A DNA stretch of 64,000 nt from Schizochytrium sp. TIO01 (taxonomy: Eukaryota; Protista; Bigyra: Labyrinthulomycetes): the NCBI GenBank assembly GCA_004764695.1, contig SMSO01000007.1:992001-1056000 (forward strand). The letters run 5' to 3'. Below, piece by piece: positions 46,449 to 57,877 of this stretch (positions within the stretch are counted from its first letter, which is position 1; each line of letters begins with the position of its first letter). The position numbers and the translations under genes were made by a program. The notes below the pieces were generated by a model, which made no database searches, was not told the origin of the DNA, and saw only the letters and a list, made by a program, of their open reading frames with translations.

Positions 46449-48410
46449 TCACGGGCCGGAATTAGAGGCCGAAAAAGAAAAGTTTTGGTGGTTCTTGGCC
46501 TGGTTAGCAACCAAGATGCGTTCCATCGCAAGCTGTACAAGATCTTGGTGCTCTAGTGGCGGCAAGTGCGGTGCTGAAGAAAGACCCTTAGCTTTTCGAC
46601 TGAGCTCCTCGCTGCGCCGAAAGCTAGTCAAGTCGGCCTCTGTGAGATCAAAAGGGGTGGCAGAGCTCCCCGCAATGCCTTCCATCGAACCCGCAGATAG
46701 CTTGTTTCCAAGAGGTGGTCCAGGTTTGGAGCCAACTGATGACCTTGATTCAAACAAATGAGTGTCTTCATCATCGTCATCTTCATCATCGTCAACGCCA
46801 CTTTCGCCATCGTCAGAGGACCAAGATGCGGCATCAAAGGCCTCCATAATGTGTTGTTCCTCATCATTGCAGCTATTTTCCCATCTTTGCAAAAGGGGGT
46901 TGAAGGTCATCTGGCCCACTGTATGCTGCTTAAAGCTCGAATCGCGAAAAGGCAGGAGAAATGGCCCCTCATGCATTCCTGCACCTGATTCCAACACCGG
47001 TTCATCATTTTCCCCTTCCACAGATGGTAAGGATAGGTCTGCCCAGCTATCGTTTTCCGGTCGGGACCTCTGCTTAGAGAGGCTCCGGGAATTATGATGT
47101 TTTTGGCTATGTTTACTAAAATCTCCGTTGTGCTGTTGAAGCTGGTGAATTGTGCGTGCACCACGTTTGGTACGTGGAGATGACAACCTCGACGATAACG
47201 AAGGAATCCCAGCATCGTCCTCGTCCTCATCATCCTCAGCATCGTCCTCGTTGGCATCCACAGACTTAATCGTTTCAAGAGGCGGAGAGCGTGATGACCT
47301 TTTCGGACTTGTGGAAGTCACAGAAGAAGACGAGGACAATGAGGAGGTCAACGCTGAAGATGGCGAGGCAGCCAATGCTGAGAGTTCAGACTTGCTTGGT
47401 AGATCATCTGCTAGGTCCTTGTCCATTTCACTGGCAAGCTCTGGAGAACCACGCTGCACATCAAAGTTCGGCAATGCTGCTGGGTCGATCTCAATGTCAT
47501 CCCATACGTCCTGGGCAGCATCCTCCTCGATCGCCGCTTCTACAGTTGCAGGCAGACGCGAGAGGACCACCGGGATGCGCATACTTCCCGAATCATTATC
47601 ATCATCTTCTACAGATGGTCGGGTTTTGGCATTGCGACTACGAGCAGCACGCATCTCGCGGCGGGTTTTGCTGGATGCAATGACCTCCGAAGAACGACGT
47701 TGTGGAAGAGCCTTTGCTCGCTGGCGAGACGAAACGGTTGCACTTCTAAAGGATTTCTCTGAGCGGCGGGCGGACTCGGAGGATGTTGAAGCAGGCGCTG
47801 TTTGTCGAAGATTATTGTAATTGGGTAATTTGGTTGATGCTGTGCTGGCGGACCTGCGATGGCGAAATTTACTGCTTCCATGTGCATCCGCATCGCGATT
47901 TGTCGCCGGTTGCTTGAAAGATCTTGTGGCGCTGCTAGAGCCTCCTGAACCTGTTCCACTTCCACCTGTGCGTGTGCGAGTGCGTGTGCTTGAAGAAGCC
48001 GTTCCAGTGCTACTTGCACCCTTGGACTGGCGCCTTGCCGCGGGCGGGCTGGACGATCTTTGACGTGTTGATCGTACGCCTCGAAAGCTCTTGCTTTTAG
48101 AGTCACCTAAGGAAGAGCGGCCTTGTTGTTGATGATGTATAGATCTATAGGTATTTCGTATGCTACCAGAGCCTGTACCACGTGCTGAGCGTGAAGCGCC
48201 TGCGCCATCACCGCGGGAAGCCCTATCAATAATCACTCGCTCAGCCAGGCGGCGAAGTTCAGGTGAACGAAAATGCCTTGCAATGAGGTTGTGCAGACCT
48301 GCTTCTTGCTCTTCTTTGAGATTCTGCATAGCTTCGATGCGGCTCAAAGGCGATTCCGTTGAGGCTGCAAGAAGCTGGCCCTGTTGTGAACGTGATCTTC
48401 CCCGCATCAT
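46449..48410 (-). CDS. Largely disordered protein with Byr4/Bfa1-like C-terminal motifs
   Basis: 653-aa ORF, Ser/Arg-rich then acidic; islands DVWDDIEID, VGQMTFNPLLQRWEN, PFDLTEADLTSFRRSEE. Coding status likely; family call tentative. May have an upstream exon (AG acceptor near 48431). Confidence 0.6.
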   Translation of the reverse strand: MMRGRSRSQQGQLLAASTESPLSRIEAMQNLKEEQEAGLHNLIARHFRSPELRRLAERVIIDRASRGDGAGASRSARGTGSGSIRNTYRSIHHQQQGRSSLGDSKSKSFRGVRSTRQRSSSPPAARRQSKGASSTGTASSSTRTRTRTGGSGTGSGGSSSATRSFKQPATNRDADAHGSSKFRHRRSASTASTKLPNYNNLRQTAPASTSSESARRSEKSFRSATVSSRQRAKALPQRRSSEVIASSKTRREMRAARSRNAKTRPSVEDDDNDSGSMRIPVVLSRLPATVEAAIEEDAAQDVWDDIEIDPAALPNFDVQRGSPELASEMDKDLADDLPSKSELSALAASPSSALTSSLSSSSSVTSTSPKRSSRSPPLETIKSVDANEDDAEDDEDEDDAGIPSLSSRLSSPRTKRGARTIHQLQQHNGDFSKHSQKHHNSRSLSKQRSRPENDSWADLSLPSVEGENDEPVLESGAGMHEGPFLLPFRDSSFKQHTVGQMTFNPLLQRWENSCNDEEQHIMEAFDAASWSSDDGESGVDDDEDDDDEDTHLFESRSSVGSKPGPPLGNKLSAGSMEGIAGSSATPFDLTEADLTSFRRSEELSRKAKGLSSAPHLPPLEHQDLVQLAMERILVANQAKNHQNFSFSASNSGP

Positions 48411-51005
48411 GAAAGAGATCCCAGGTTGACCTAACTTAAATTATCAATTCTTGTTGTTTCCTTGATCTCTTCTTATTTTTCTACTGCTTTCCTTCTTGTT
48501 GTCGTTGATAGTTGTTTAGAAATGTTCTATGTCTCGAGATGGTCCAATATGCAGCGAGGAAGAGAGTGTTACCAGCAGACACGGAAAAAACCACAACCGA
48601 AAATACCTATATAAATCACACGGCCTCCACGCTGCCTAACTTGGAAATTTTCACGGAAATAAACTCGTCAGTTTCAACGAAGCTCCGGCCCTAACTTCGC
48701 AGGGCACGGAAAGTTATCGACGTGAAAATTGGAAACTGCACAGAAATGATGAAAGGAAGGAACCACTATAGAAATAAGAAAGAAATAAAAGAAGGAAAGA
48801 AATAGAGAAACGAGGAATAATTCTGCGCGATCTTGGTGATGCCAAGAACCCGGCCTCCAAGCGGGCTACGAAGCTGCTCGAGCACAGCGAACGCCCGTAA
48901 TCGGCCAGTGGAAGCTCCTCCGAGGACCCGGCAGCTCGCAAGGGGTCTACGGGAGGCAGCGGAGGAGGCTTGAGACAGAAATGTAATGGGAATGTAATGG
49001 GTAATTAACCCCAGTGATTCTGGCCCGTGCACGCGGCCCGCACACAAGCGAGGGCCTGCCCGAGGTCGCCGGCCCCCGCGGCGGCCACCACGCCAGTCGA
49101 GCTTCTCGCCCGACGGCGTCGAGGAGTGGACTCTTGTCGAGTCCACTGTGACGATACTAGTATGGAGAGGGCGAGAGTCGTCCGCCTGGTAGGCCGTTTT
49201 TGCTCCCACGGCAAATTATCCATTTTCCTGTGGACATTTACCCACGTTTCATGCGATTCCATATTTGCGCTTTGCGCCCTCTGTTGCTGCGCTTAAAAGT
49301 AATCTTTGACGCTGATATTTTCACAAGCTGTAGATAGCGATGATTTGAAGATAGTTGTCAAGCTTTGAGGCTCAAAATAGTTTTGGTTATAGCATGGGAG
49401 TAGATTTGGTAAATTTGGGGATCCGATTCCAGCAGTCTTACGGGGAAGATAGGCACTGTCATGTGAAGAGTAGGAGTAGGAACCACTGATATGTCGCATG
49501 GTTTTGGGATGGAGAAGCCCGTGCCGCGTGAACATAGGCAGGTGAGGCCAATGTGATTTGGAGAGATGGCTGTGGTCTTCGTGGGCTGGCTTTCCAGCTT
49601 TTGCGAGTTGGTTTGATTCTGGGTTCTGAGGTTTTCTTCCCAATTAAAAACACAGACACGAGTACAATTGCATCGCTGTCACTACTCGTTAGAGGTCTGA
49701 GGAGTGAATGAGGCACCGGCCAGCGTACTGACGCTGCGTCGCAAACCAGGGACTCAGACTGTGCCTCTGTTTTTGCAATGCCAGCCAGATTTCCGTGGTG
49801 GTGGTTGTGCGAGAAATGTCCCATATGATGTGCGAGGTACCGATCTGGGGACAAAAAGCGCCAAAGGGCTGGCTCCCGAACATTCTGAACAAGTTAACTA
49901 CTTCAAAAAAAGGAAAGAGACTGGCTGTGGTTGCTCAAGAGGATCATGGGCAGCAATAGAATCAGTGTTGTTCTGTTTCATGTCTGTTTCACATTTCGTT
50001 TACTATAGATTCAACTCTAAAATGCCAAGTGCAGGAGTGGCGTTCATGATATTAGACCACGGCAAAATTAGTCTTAAGAGGAAGGCATGTTTTGCTAGCG
50101 TTCTGATTCAATCTGATTTTACTACTAGCATGCGAGATTATATTTAAAAAACAAAAACAAAAAAAAACACCAAGAAACAATAATAATAAGTAAACAACAC
50201 GTATTGAATAATTATACCCAAAGGTTTGTTTGCTTTCTTATTCTGCTGATTGATCCTTAAGCTTCCCATACTGATAGTTTTTATAGTAGGTCACCTGCGA
50301 CCTTCATATATTATCATCAAAGTCCTGAGGCTTTCCATCTGTAACAGTAGGCTGACGCAAGCCAATTCCCTATTTCCTCACTGCCCATAAGCAAATATCT
50401 ATTACCAGCCAAGGAGCGAGTAGATGTTCTTCTCTCTCGAAACAAGACCTACGATGGTTGTTAGCCATCTCTGTTGCATCCTAATTTTTAGGTCTATAAA
50501 TCCCTTCCTTCACATATGCCTTCCCCTCATTCATGCCTCACCAAGCTTATAGAATTGTTAAAAGGATCAACAACTCCGCACACCACGAGTATGTGATATA
50601 TCCTTTGTATCCCAATTATATTCTTTCGTAGCAAGCCTATTATCTGCCATGCTCTGCAGGTATTCAATCCACTCGACCTTTTGTACACGGTTCTTGCATT
50701 ACCTGTGTCAAGGTTGGTTCTGCGTGTGATCCATTTCTGTTCTGTGGCACCTTTTAAATACGATTTAAGTATCTAAATTTAGGTACTGTTTAGGTACCTT
50801 ACTTTACGATAGCAAAAATGAGATAATGACGATCAAAGCAATCAAAAACCTAGATTAAAACCTCGATTGCGTGTGGTGATCTGCGCTGCTGCAGACTTAC
50901 CCTGGCGGGGCAGCAGCAGAATAATCACCAAACGCTACGGATCGAGGTGGGCTCTGCCAGAGGATTGCGAGGCCGGCGCCACGGAAACTGCCTGGAAGAG
51001 TCGCG

Positions 51006-54000
51006 ATGAGCGTCGAGGACGACACCTTGAGCGCCGCCAAGCCCGCTGCTGAGCCCGCTGCGGCTGCAGAAAATGCTTCCAGCGACGACAATAAACTATC
51101 AGGCGAGTTATCCTCACAGATTGTCGCCGCTACAACAGCTCCTGAGCCGGCCTCTGCCGAGGTTTCTGCGAGTGCTTCGCAGGATACCGCTCAAAACGAA
51201 ATGGAAGTCGAAAACGTCAAAACGCCAAACTCACCTAAAATCTTGAATAGCGACGATAGCAACGATGGTGCTGAAGTCAAGGAAAGTTCTGCTACAAAAC
51301 CTGAGAGTAGCTCTCAAGGTGCAGATATCCCAAAGGGTGAAACTGACTCGAAGAATCCTGAAACCTCGGAGGATGGCGATGTTAAGATCGAAGACACAGC
51401 TAGAGATGGAGATATCTCCAAATACGCCAAAGGTGACGCAGATAATGTTGCGAATGACGAAGATAATGTCAAAATGGAGGATGCTGAGATGGAGTCAAAA
51501 AGTACAAAGAAGGAGAATCTCGGGCCGCTCGCGAAGGGTTGGGTACAGCTTGAGACGCCCGAAGGCGAAGCCTATTACCATCACAAGGCGTCAGGCGCTA
51601 TTCGATGGCAGAGGCCAACAGAGGATAAGAACGATACGTTGGCAAGTTCCAAGGAAGAGACCGCCCAAGATAAAGACTCCAAAAAAGATGTAGATGGCGA
51701 CGACGTGGTCGACAACGCTGTAGGTGCCGAGAAAGATACTGCTGGGGACACCATTATGCAGAAGGCTGAAGGTGCTCATGATTTTCACTCTGAACAGTCT
51801 GTGGTGGTACCAAGTCCTCGGAAGCGTAAAGTCGGAGATGATGATGATGTGGAGGTGGCCATTGAGGACATGTCGAAGGAGCGTAGGGAATTGCAAGCGC
51901 GGTTGTCTGCAAAAGATGCTATACTGGACCCTCGTGTAAAGGGCTGGATGGCAGAGTGGCTGCGACGCGACGGGGAGGACCTCAAACGACGCAAGAAACG
52001 AGAGCGAAGAGATGTGGATCTCCTTGTAGAGATGCTTGCATCAGGGTACGACGGCTACGCGGAGTACACAGCACTCGTGGTGCGCTGGCTTGGCCTCTTG
52101 GAGCAGAGGTCTGCTGATGGCACTGAAAATGGCGATGGTACTGGGGCATTGGCGGCAGCTGCATCCACATCAACAATGGCAGGAGGCGCAGCAGTCGGAC
52201 ACAGTAGTGCAGGCAAAAACAGCCATAATGGCGGCATTAGCAACGAAAGACAGCTACAACCACCACAACAACAAGAAGCATCAGTTATGGGTGCTTTGGA
52301 CCGCCAACTCTCTGGTACGATGCTGCTTGGGAAGGACGAGGGTGCTGCTGGAACATTACCACCGCCACCGCCGTCTGTAGTAGACTATTTGAGCAAGCTT
52401 GTTGACCAGCAATTTCAGAAGGATAAGCTAATGGATATGATGGAAGAGGATCTGCCACCAGCATGGCTCAGAGGCATGCTGCACTCAACGGAGTGGCGCA
52501 TGACGCTAATCCGTCTCGCTGACAAACACAAGACGGTTCCTTTACTGGACTTTGCTGTGCGCGCCATGTGCAAAGAGGGCCACCATAACGAGGTAGCTCA
52601 GGTCATGAACCCAGCTAACTATTTTGCCGTATTCCGGCGCACCTTTACAGATTTATTGCGCGAGATCCTGGACTGTGAAGACGGCCGTGGAAACAGTCCT
52701 ACAGAACTGAGCAAGCTTGAGGAGCGCTTCCGAGAGTTGGCGGGTCACTCACAGTTTACTTATTTGTTTGCTATGGAGGCTCTTGAGGCCCTTGAGGGCA
52801 GTGACGATGGCCTTGAGGGAGTGGTGGCCGCCACTGCAGCGAGCGAGGGCCCGACTTCCGACGCCGTGGCTTCTGTGCTGGCGTCGCTCCAACTCAAGTC
52901 TACGTTATTGCGAGCAAAGGTCCGAAGGTTGAGGCAGGGCTTGCTGAATGTTCCGCGCAAACAGGATGCAGTTGAGCAAGGCCGAGCTGAGGCTATCCAG
53001 TTATGCAAACCTATCAACCGACGCAATGTAGGAGGACTGAGCGCAAGTCCAGCCTGTGGTGGTTTCCCTGCACTGGCCAATTTACTACGAACATGCCTGA
53101 AAGATCGAATGTTTAAGCCGGAGGCCTTTATGCGTCTTCGTGCCATTTATGACCCTGAACGAAACCACCAAGCTAGTTTGGTGCCTCTATGGCCCTTGCG
53201 CCGCTTGGAGGTTATTCTCCTCTTAGTGACCCAGCTTTTTGACCCTTTCAGGAGTATGGAAGCGTCTTGCATTGAAGATGGTGCATACATTACAGCTGTG
53301 GCCGCTGCTCGTGTACCTGGCAAAGGCCTAGAACGCGAAGTTTATGTCGCACTTGTGGATGCCATTAAGGTTTGTAAGGACAGCAAGACTATGTCGATGG
53401 AAGCATTACAGGTGGATTCGCAGAGTATTCAAATGCTGACCAGTCTGGTTGCAGACTTCCCAATTGTATCAAGCGGTGTGATTCGATTCGCACGCAACTG
53501 TATGATGTCATCAAATTTTCAAAAGGAGAAATATTTTTTCACAGGTATGCGAGTGATGTTGCACCTCATTCGCTGCGCTGTGCGTGCACACCCTCTCCAG
53601 CGAATTATGGCATTCTTTGCAATTTGTCAAGCCTTGCCCATGAATCCTGCACACATATATCAATCTAAGCTTCTGGAAATCAAGAAGCTGATGGTGGATG
53701 AATTGATATTCCTTATTGAGTCGGGCTTCATTTTCCAGGTTCTTGAATTCGTTCGTAACCAAGCTTCGCTGGGACGCATGGACGCGCCGCTCGTTTGCCA
53801 TTTTGTTGTTGAACTGGCCAAGACAGTTGGCAGCAATTTGTCACCCGAGTTCGCAAAAGCTGTTCTGCAGCTCGTTACACTTGACGCATGTGTACGTGCT
53901 GTACGTGCAGCACACAACCGTGAGCACCTTCGCCTCGTCAACGAATTGCGGACAAAGTGCCAAAACACGGTCACCTTGGCATCGACGATGCCTAGTTCTG

Positions 54001-54260
54001 CAGTGTCCTCATCGGTTATGCAATATGCAGCTACTTCATCACCCACCAACCCTGGGGCACCTTCGGGAGGTTCTGCTGGAGCTGTAGCAGGGAGCTCATC
54101 AGCGACAGCTGCGTCTGTCTCCAATGGCAATGTTGCAAACCGTATGTCCTCTGTAACCTCGGCGGCCTCTGCTGCTGCAGCTGCTGCTGCGCGGGGAGGT
54201 GCTGGAAATCCTGCAAGGCGCCGGGAGAAAATCAGCCTTGTTCCCTTTCGGCCCAAATAA
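51006..54260 (+). CDS. NELFCD: Negative elongation factor C/D (TH1-like) with N-terminal WW domain
   Basis: WW: LAKGWVQLETPEGEAYYHHKASGAIRWQRP. TH1-like blocks: DAILDPRV, VEMLASGYDGYAEYTALVVRWL, PPAWLRGMLHSTEWRMTLIRLADKH...LLDFAVR, HSQFTYLFA, FPIVSSGVI, HPLQR, LEIKKLMVDELIFLIESGFIFQVL, MDAPLVCHFV. Confidence 0.82.
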   Translation: MSVEDDTLSAAKPAAEPAAAAENASSDDNKLSGELSSQIVAATTAPEPASAEVSASASQDTAQNEMEVENVKTPNSPKILNSDDSNDGAEVKESSATKPESSSQGADIPKGETDSKNPETSEDGDVKIEDTARDGDISKYAKGDADNVANDEDNVKMEDAEMESKSTKKENLGPLAKGWVQLETPEGEAYYHHKASGAIRWQRPTEDKNDTLASSKEETAQDKDSKKDVDGDDVVDNAVGAEKDTAGDTIMQKAEGAHDFHSEQSVVVPSPRKRKVGDDDDVEVAIEDMSKERRELQARLSAKDAILDPRVKGWMAEWLRRDGEDLKRRKKRERRDVDLLVEMLASGYDGYAEYTALVVRWLGLLEQRSADGTENGDGTGALAAAASTSTMAGGAAVGHSSAGKNSHNGGISNERQLQPPQQQEASVMGALDRQLSGTMLLGKDEGAAGTLPPPPPSVVDYLSKLVDQQFQKDKLMDMMEEDLPPAWLRGMLHSTEWRMTLIRLADKHKTVPLLDFAVRAMCKEGHHNEVAQVMNPANYFAVFRRTFTDLLREILDCEDGRGNSPTELSKLEERFRELAGHSQFTYLFAMEALEALEGSDDGLEGVVAATAASEGPTSDAVASVLASLQLKSTLLRAKVRRLRQGLLNVPRKQDAVEQGRAEAIQLCKPINRRNVGGLSASPACGGFPALANLLRTCLKDRMFKPEAFMRLRAIYDPERNHQASLVPLWPLRRLEVILLLVTQLFDPFRSMEASCIEDGAYITAVAAARVPGKGLEREVYVALVDAIKVCKDSKTMSMEALQVDSQSIQMLTSLVADFPIVSSGVIRFARNCMMSSNFQKEKYFFTGMRVMLHLIRCAVRAHPLQRIMAFFAICQALPMNPAHIYQSKLLEIKKLMVDELIFLIESGFIFQVLEFVRNQASLGRMDAPLVCHFVVELAKTVGSNLSPEFAKAVLQLVTLDACVRAVRAAHNREHLRLVNELRTKCQNTVTLASTMPSSAVSSSVMQYAATSSPTNPGAPSGGSAGAVAGSSSATAASVSNGNVANRMSSVTSAASAAAAAAARGGAGNPARRREKISLVPFRPK

Positions 54261-55009
54261 AATATGATCTTTGATGATCCCCCTCTTTTTTTAATACTCT
54301 CTTCCTTTCCATCTTCTATTTTGCCTCTTTCCATCATGTTCTTTTGATTTCTCTTTCCCGTGCGTTGCTGCTGTCTCTCCTGTTTCGCTGAAGAAGTCGC
54401 ACTCAGAGGTGTTTTAAGGGTTCTGAGGACTTCTTCTGGAGTTTGCATAGTAAAATAGAGACTAACTCAAGCGAGTGTAAAGCTCAAATCTATTATTGCA
54501 CGGAGGTACACGTGGAGCAATATAAGTATCGAGTGGTTCGTGCTGACTCCATCGGTCACCCACAAAGAGGTCTCTATGATGGCGCAGGATCAGCGAGTGC
54601 CAAGACTAGAAGTTCCTGCTAGGCAGGCAACACAACGTTTTATATTTTTTTTTGGACCTTGACTACACCAAAACGGTTTCTTATTTTAAAAAAGATCACA
54701 ACAATATTTGTTTTGGGAATATAGGAATCTGTTAATAAACTCCACATGGCTTGGTGAGAAGACGCGACCAAGGCAATTCATGGTATTCTAATACGTTTGT
54801 ATAATGTCGGGAAGAAGAACCAAAGGGTCTGAATGCTAAATTTCAGGTCCCTGATAAGAAGAAGTAGCGGTATTCTGAACGATAGGTCTTCATCCTTTGA
54901 GGCCCTTCCACATCAAGCAATAAGTTTGCTTCAATCACTGGTGCAGGATGCAGCGCAGAGCAAAGCTTGACTGGAGCCTGAGAGCAATCATATCGAAGAT
55001 GATGCAAAC

Positions 55010-55640
55010 TTACTGGCCAGGCTTGTAGCAGCACTTCTTGAACTTCTTGCCAGAGCCACAAGTGCAGGGCTCGTTAGGCTTGACCTTCTTGACAGCCTGA
55101 ACGGGGGCCTTGACCTCCTTCTTGGCACCACCAAGGGGCACAAAGGAGGTGTCAGTCTCGGCGTGCTGGTAGAACTCGTGGTCCTCGGCCTTGGTGCTAA
55201 CCTTGTTCACACGTGCCATGGAAGCATCCTGCTTGTGCTCACCCTCCTGGAACTTGCTGTAGCACTGCTCACAGAGGTCGTGGTTCGGGCAGTTCTTGCA
55301 CTTGTAGCGGAAACCCTGGATGGGGCGGGCAGTGCACATATCGCACTGTTAAGAGAAGAATATGCAGCCATTATTGTTATGGCCATGTGTGGAAATGTCA
55401 TCGAAGCAATATCATTGGAGCGTCAAAAAGGAGAGCATAATAAAAAAAATTCCGCGTTAGCCTCACTGTCGCAAATCTTAGATCCACTCATGTACTACTA
55501 CGCAGCCAGGCACTCATAGCCCGGGCCACCTTACTTTGCAAGAGCCCGTGCTGGCTGCCATGTCTTTTTAAGTTCATTCACACCACGCCCGTACTGTCTC
55601 CACTCACCGTGATGCCGTTGTGGGTGCCGTATTTATCCAT
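55010..55640 (-). CDS. Two-exon ~122-aa protein: ZZ-type zinc finger plus C-terminal SEC-C motif (exon 1 55640-55608, exon 2 55345-55010)
   Basis: Exon 1 MDKYGTHNGIT, donor GTGAGT, acceptor AACAG; splicing restores HNGITCDMC...YKCKNCPNHDLCEQCY; SEC-C KVKPNEPCTCGSGKKFKKCC. Confidence 0.88.
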
Positions 55641-56752
55641 GGTTACTATTGAAAAGTTCGAACGGTTCGAGAGCTTTCTTGGTCTACTCTACGAGGCAGA
55701 GTGCGATGGAAAAGACTCCTTGTGGTTTGTTTGCGGTTTGCTCGCCTCCGCCACTCGTAGGATTCGACTAGGCATTGGTAAAGGGATACTCTAGGGCTAC
55801 CCTTGGTGATCTATTACCTACCTACCTACCTAATAGAATGCGCTCAGTAGTAGGTACCTATCAGAACTAGTGAATTCTCTGTGAAAGTTGGGAGCTTCAG
55901 AAGCCTCAAAAAAACATGTCTTGCGATAATTTTGTGCAAGAAGAGCTAGGTCTGGCTATAATGAAAGCAAACACCTTTCGAATATTTACATATTCAATGA
56001 AGAGAAGTAAGTGTGTAGCGGACTAAAGGGAAGCTTTCTGCGAATCCGGGCTGCAAACAAAACTAATGTTTCAGTTTTGATAAAAAGATTGAAGTACTAT
56101 ACGTACTGCGTATTCGATTGCATGTGGCTGAAGTGGGCTCTTCGAATTGTTTTATGTTTGATGCATGTGTTACTCTATAATTAATGGCATAGAATCCCTC
56201 AACGCATTCTGAAGGATAAATTCTCAAAGTGCAACTTTTAGATAGAATGTAGCATCGCTTAATTAATTCGCGTCCTAGCATGATGTCAAGTTGCATTTTC
56301 TCAGCGAAAGGTCTTCATTTGATTTCTTCTCTATCAACGAGAATAGAGCAAGCAACCTTTGTTCCCCAGTTCAAAACGAGATTGAACTAGCTCTAAGTAA
56401 TGTTAGTTTGCTGTGTTAGCCGTTACCCGATTCTCAAACGAAAACTAAAACGATATCTAATTCCCTCGCGTGAGAATTCTGTTTGCCATGGCAGTAAATT
56501 GATGGCCATCTCAACAGGGGATCGATCCTCCTTGGTGCATAATTAGCTCGAAAACCTAATCTTGCTAGAGTTCTTGGAACGTTCTCTTCAATCTGTGTTA
56601 CAATAAAACCGTTCTTCTCGTTATAATTGCTGTCTGTCAATGACCAAAAGACTTCAAAGCTCAGTCAGAAGTTGAAAGCAAGGGGCGGGTCGCGTCTTGC
56701 TTGATAACTTAGAGCCGCCTACTCGCGTGGGTCGGCGACATCAGCGCCAGCC

Positions 56753-57357
56753 ATGTTTCCTTCCTTGTTGCCAGCGACAATTGAACCGGTATGGTGTCCG
56801 GTCCTCGGCATGGACGAAGAAGATGCGCTTGCACAGGTATGTTGAAACGCTGTAGTGAAAAAGTAAAGAATACAGAACATGATGATTCTTGAAGAAACGC
56901 AGCTCTATGACTATGGTAGTGGCAACTGCATGTGAAATTCAGAAACTGACTGAAAGTGGCTACATGTGGCGATTCGATTGGTTGCTGTATTCAATGCGTA
57001 TATTGAATTCTGACAACCATGGTTTATCCTGAACTTCGGGCTCAATTGTTGTAGGAGGAGCAAGCCTTTGAGCAAAAGCTTGCAGCAATTCGAGGTCAGC
57101 GCGGGCCTAGACCGATTGGCGTACAGAAGAAGAACCTGGGTGAGGACGAGGACGAGGACGATCATGAAATGGTTGAAGATGAAGAAGAAGAGGAGGAGGA
57201 GGAGGAAGAAGATGAGGCAGAGATGTCCGAAATGGCCCTTGAGGAGTCTGATATGTCAGAGGGGAGACTTGATGAAGAGGCATCTGGACTTGGCGGCATG
57301 TACGATGACGAGGATGATGAAGAGGAAGATGAAGATTATGACTCAGATGCCTGGTAA
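56753..57357 (+). CDS. ANAPC15: Anaphase-promoting complex subunit 15-like, two exons (56753-56836, 57055-57357)
   Basis: Donor CAG|GTATGT, acceptor TTGTAG|, phase 0. Spliced protein MFPSLLPATIEPVWCPVLGMDEEDALAQEEQAFEQKLAAIRGQRGPRPIGVQKK plus a long D/E tail ending in W matches the APC15 pattern (FPSL.P..W, E/Q helix, PIG, acidic tail). Confidence 0.8.
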
Positions 57358-57877
57358 ATGCTTTCTCCTCCTTTACTTTGTAACCATATTAAAACAAACA
57401 CTCCGAATTTATGCTTTGCTTGTTGTTTGTTGTTGCGAAACAATAGAGGAAAAATGATTATATCGTTTCATGAAAACTATCCATATCTAAAGTTTTCCTT
57501 AGGTAGGAGAGTATCACCTGGTGGTTTGAAATAATCCCGTTGAGCTGTGTAAACCTGGGCAAGTTTCTGTGCTTCTTTACACACACAATAGCTGAAGTGT
57601 TAGACACCACCTTAAAACTAAAGCAAGCTACTATTGAAGAGAAGATATGCTACCCTCTATGCATGAGAGCTTGTTTAAAGACGAAATAATTAAACATTAA
57701 AGACTGTACACTTATGACACCTAGCCTTGTGGTTTTGGGTATTTGAACACCAAAAATATTAGATAAGATATCATCTCAAGCTTTGGTGTAATGCACAAAA
57801 GAAACGCTATCAATGACTGCTGCAGGATCTGCGCGGTGGGGAGCTTTGAAACCAAATATTATGTCTGAATAATTAAA

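Noticed and set aside
33396-54448. Long antisense ORFs (33396-34202, 47152-47820, 53660-54448 and others)
   Set aside because: Shadows of real genes, with no domain features
29552-57357. Apparent cluster of cell-cycle and transcription genes (XPB, WAPL, Byr4-like, NELF-C/D, APC15)
   Set aside because: Mixed strands and unrelated genes interspersed; chance is sufficient without synteny or co-expression data
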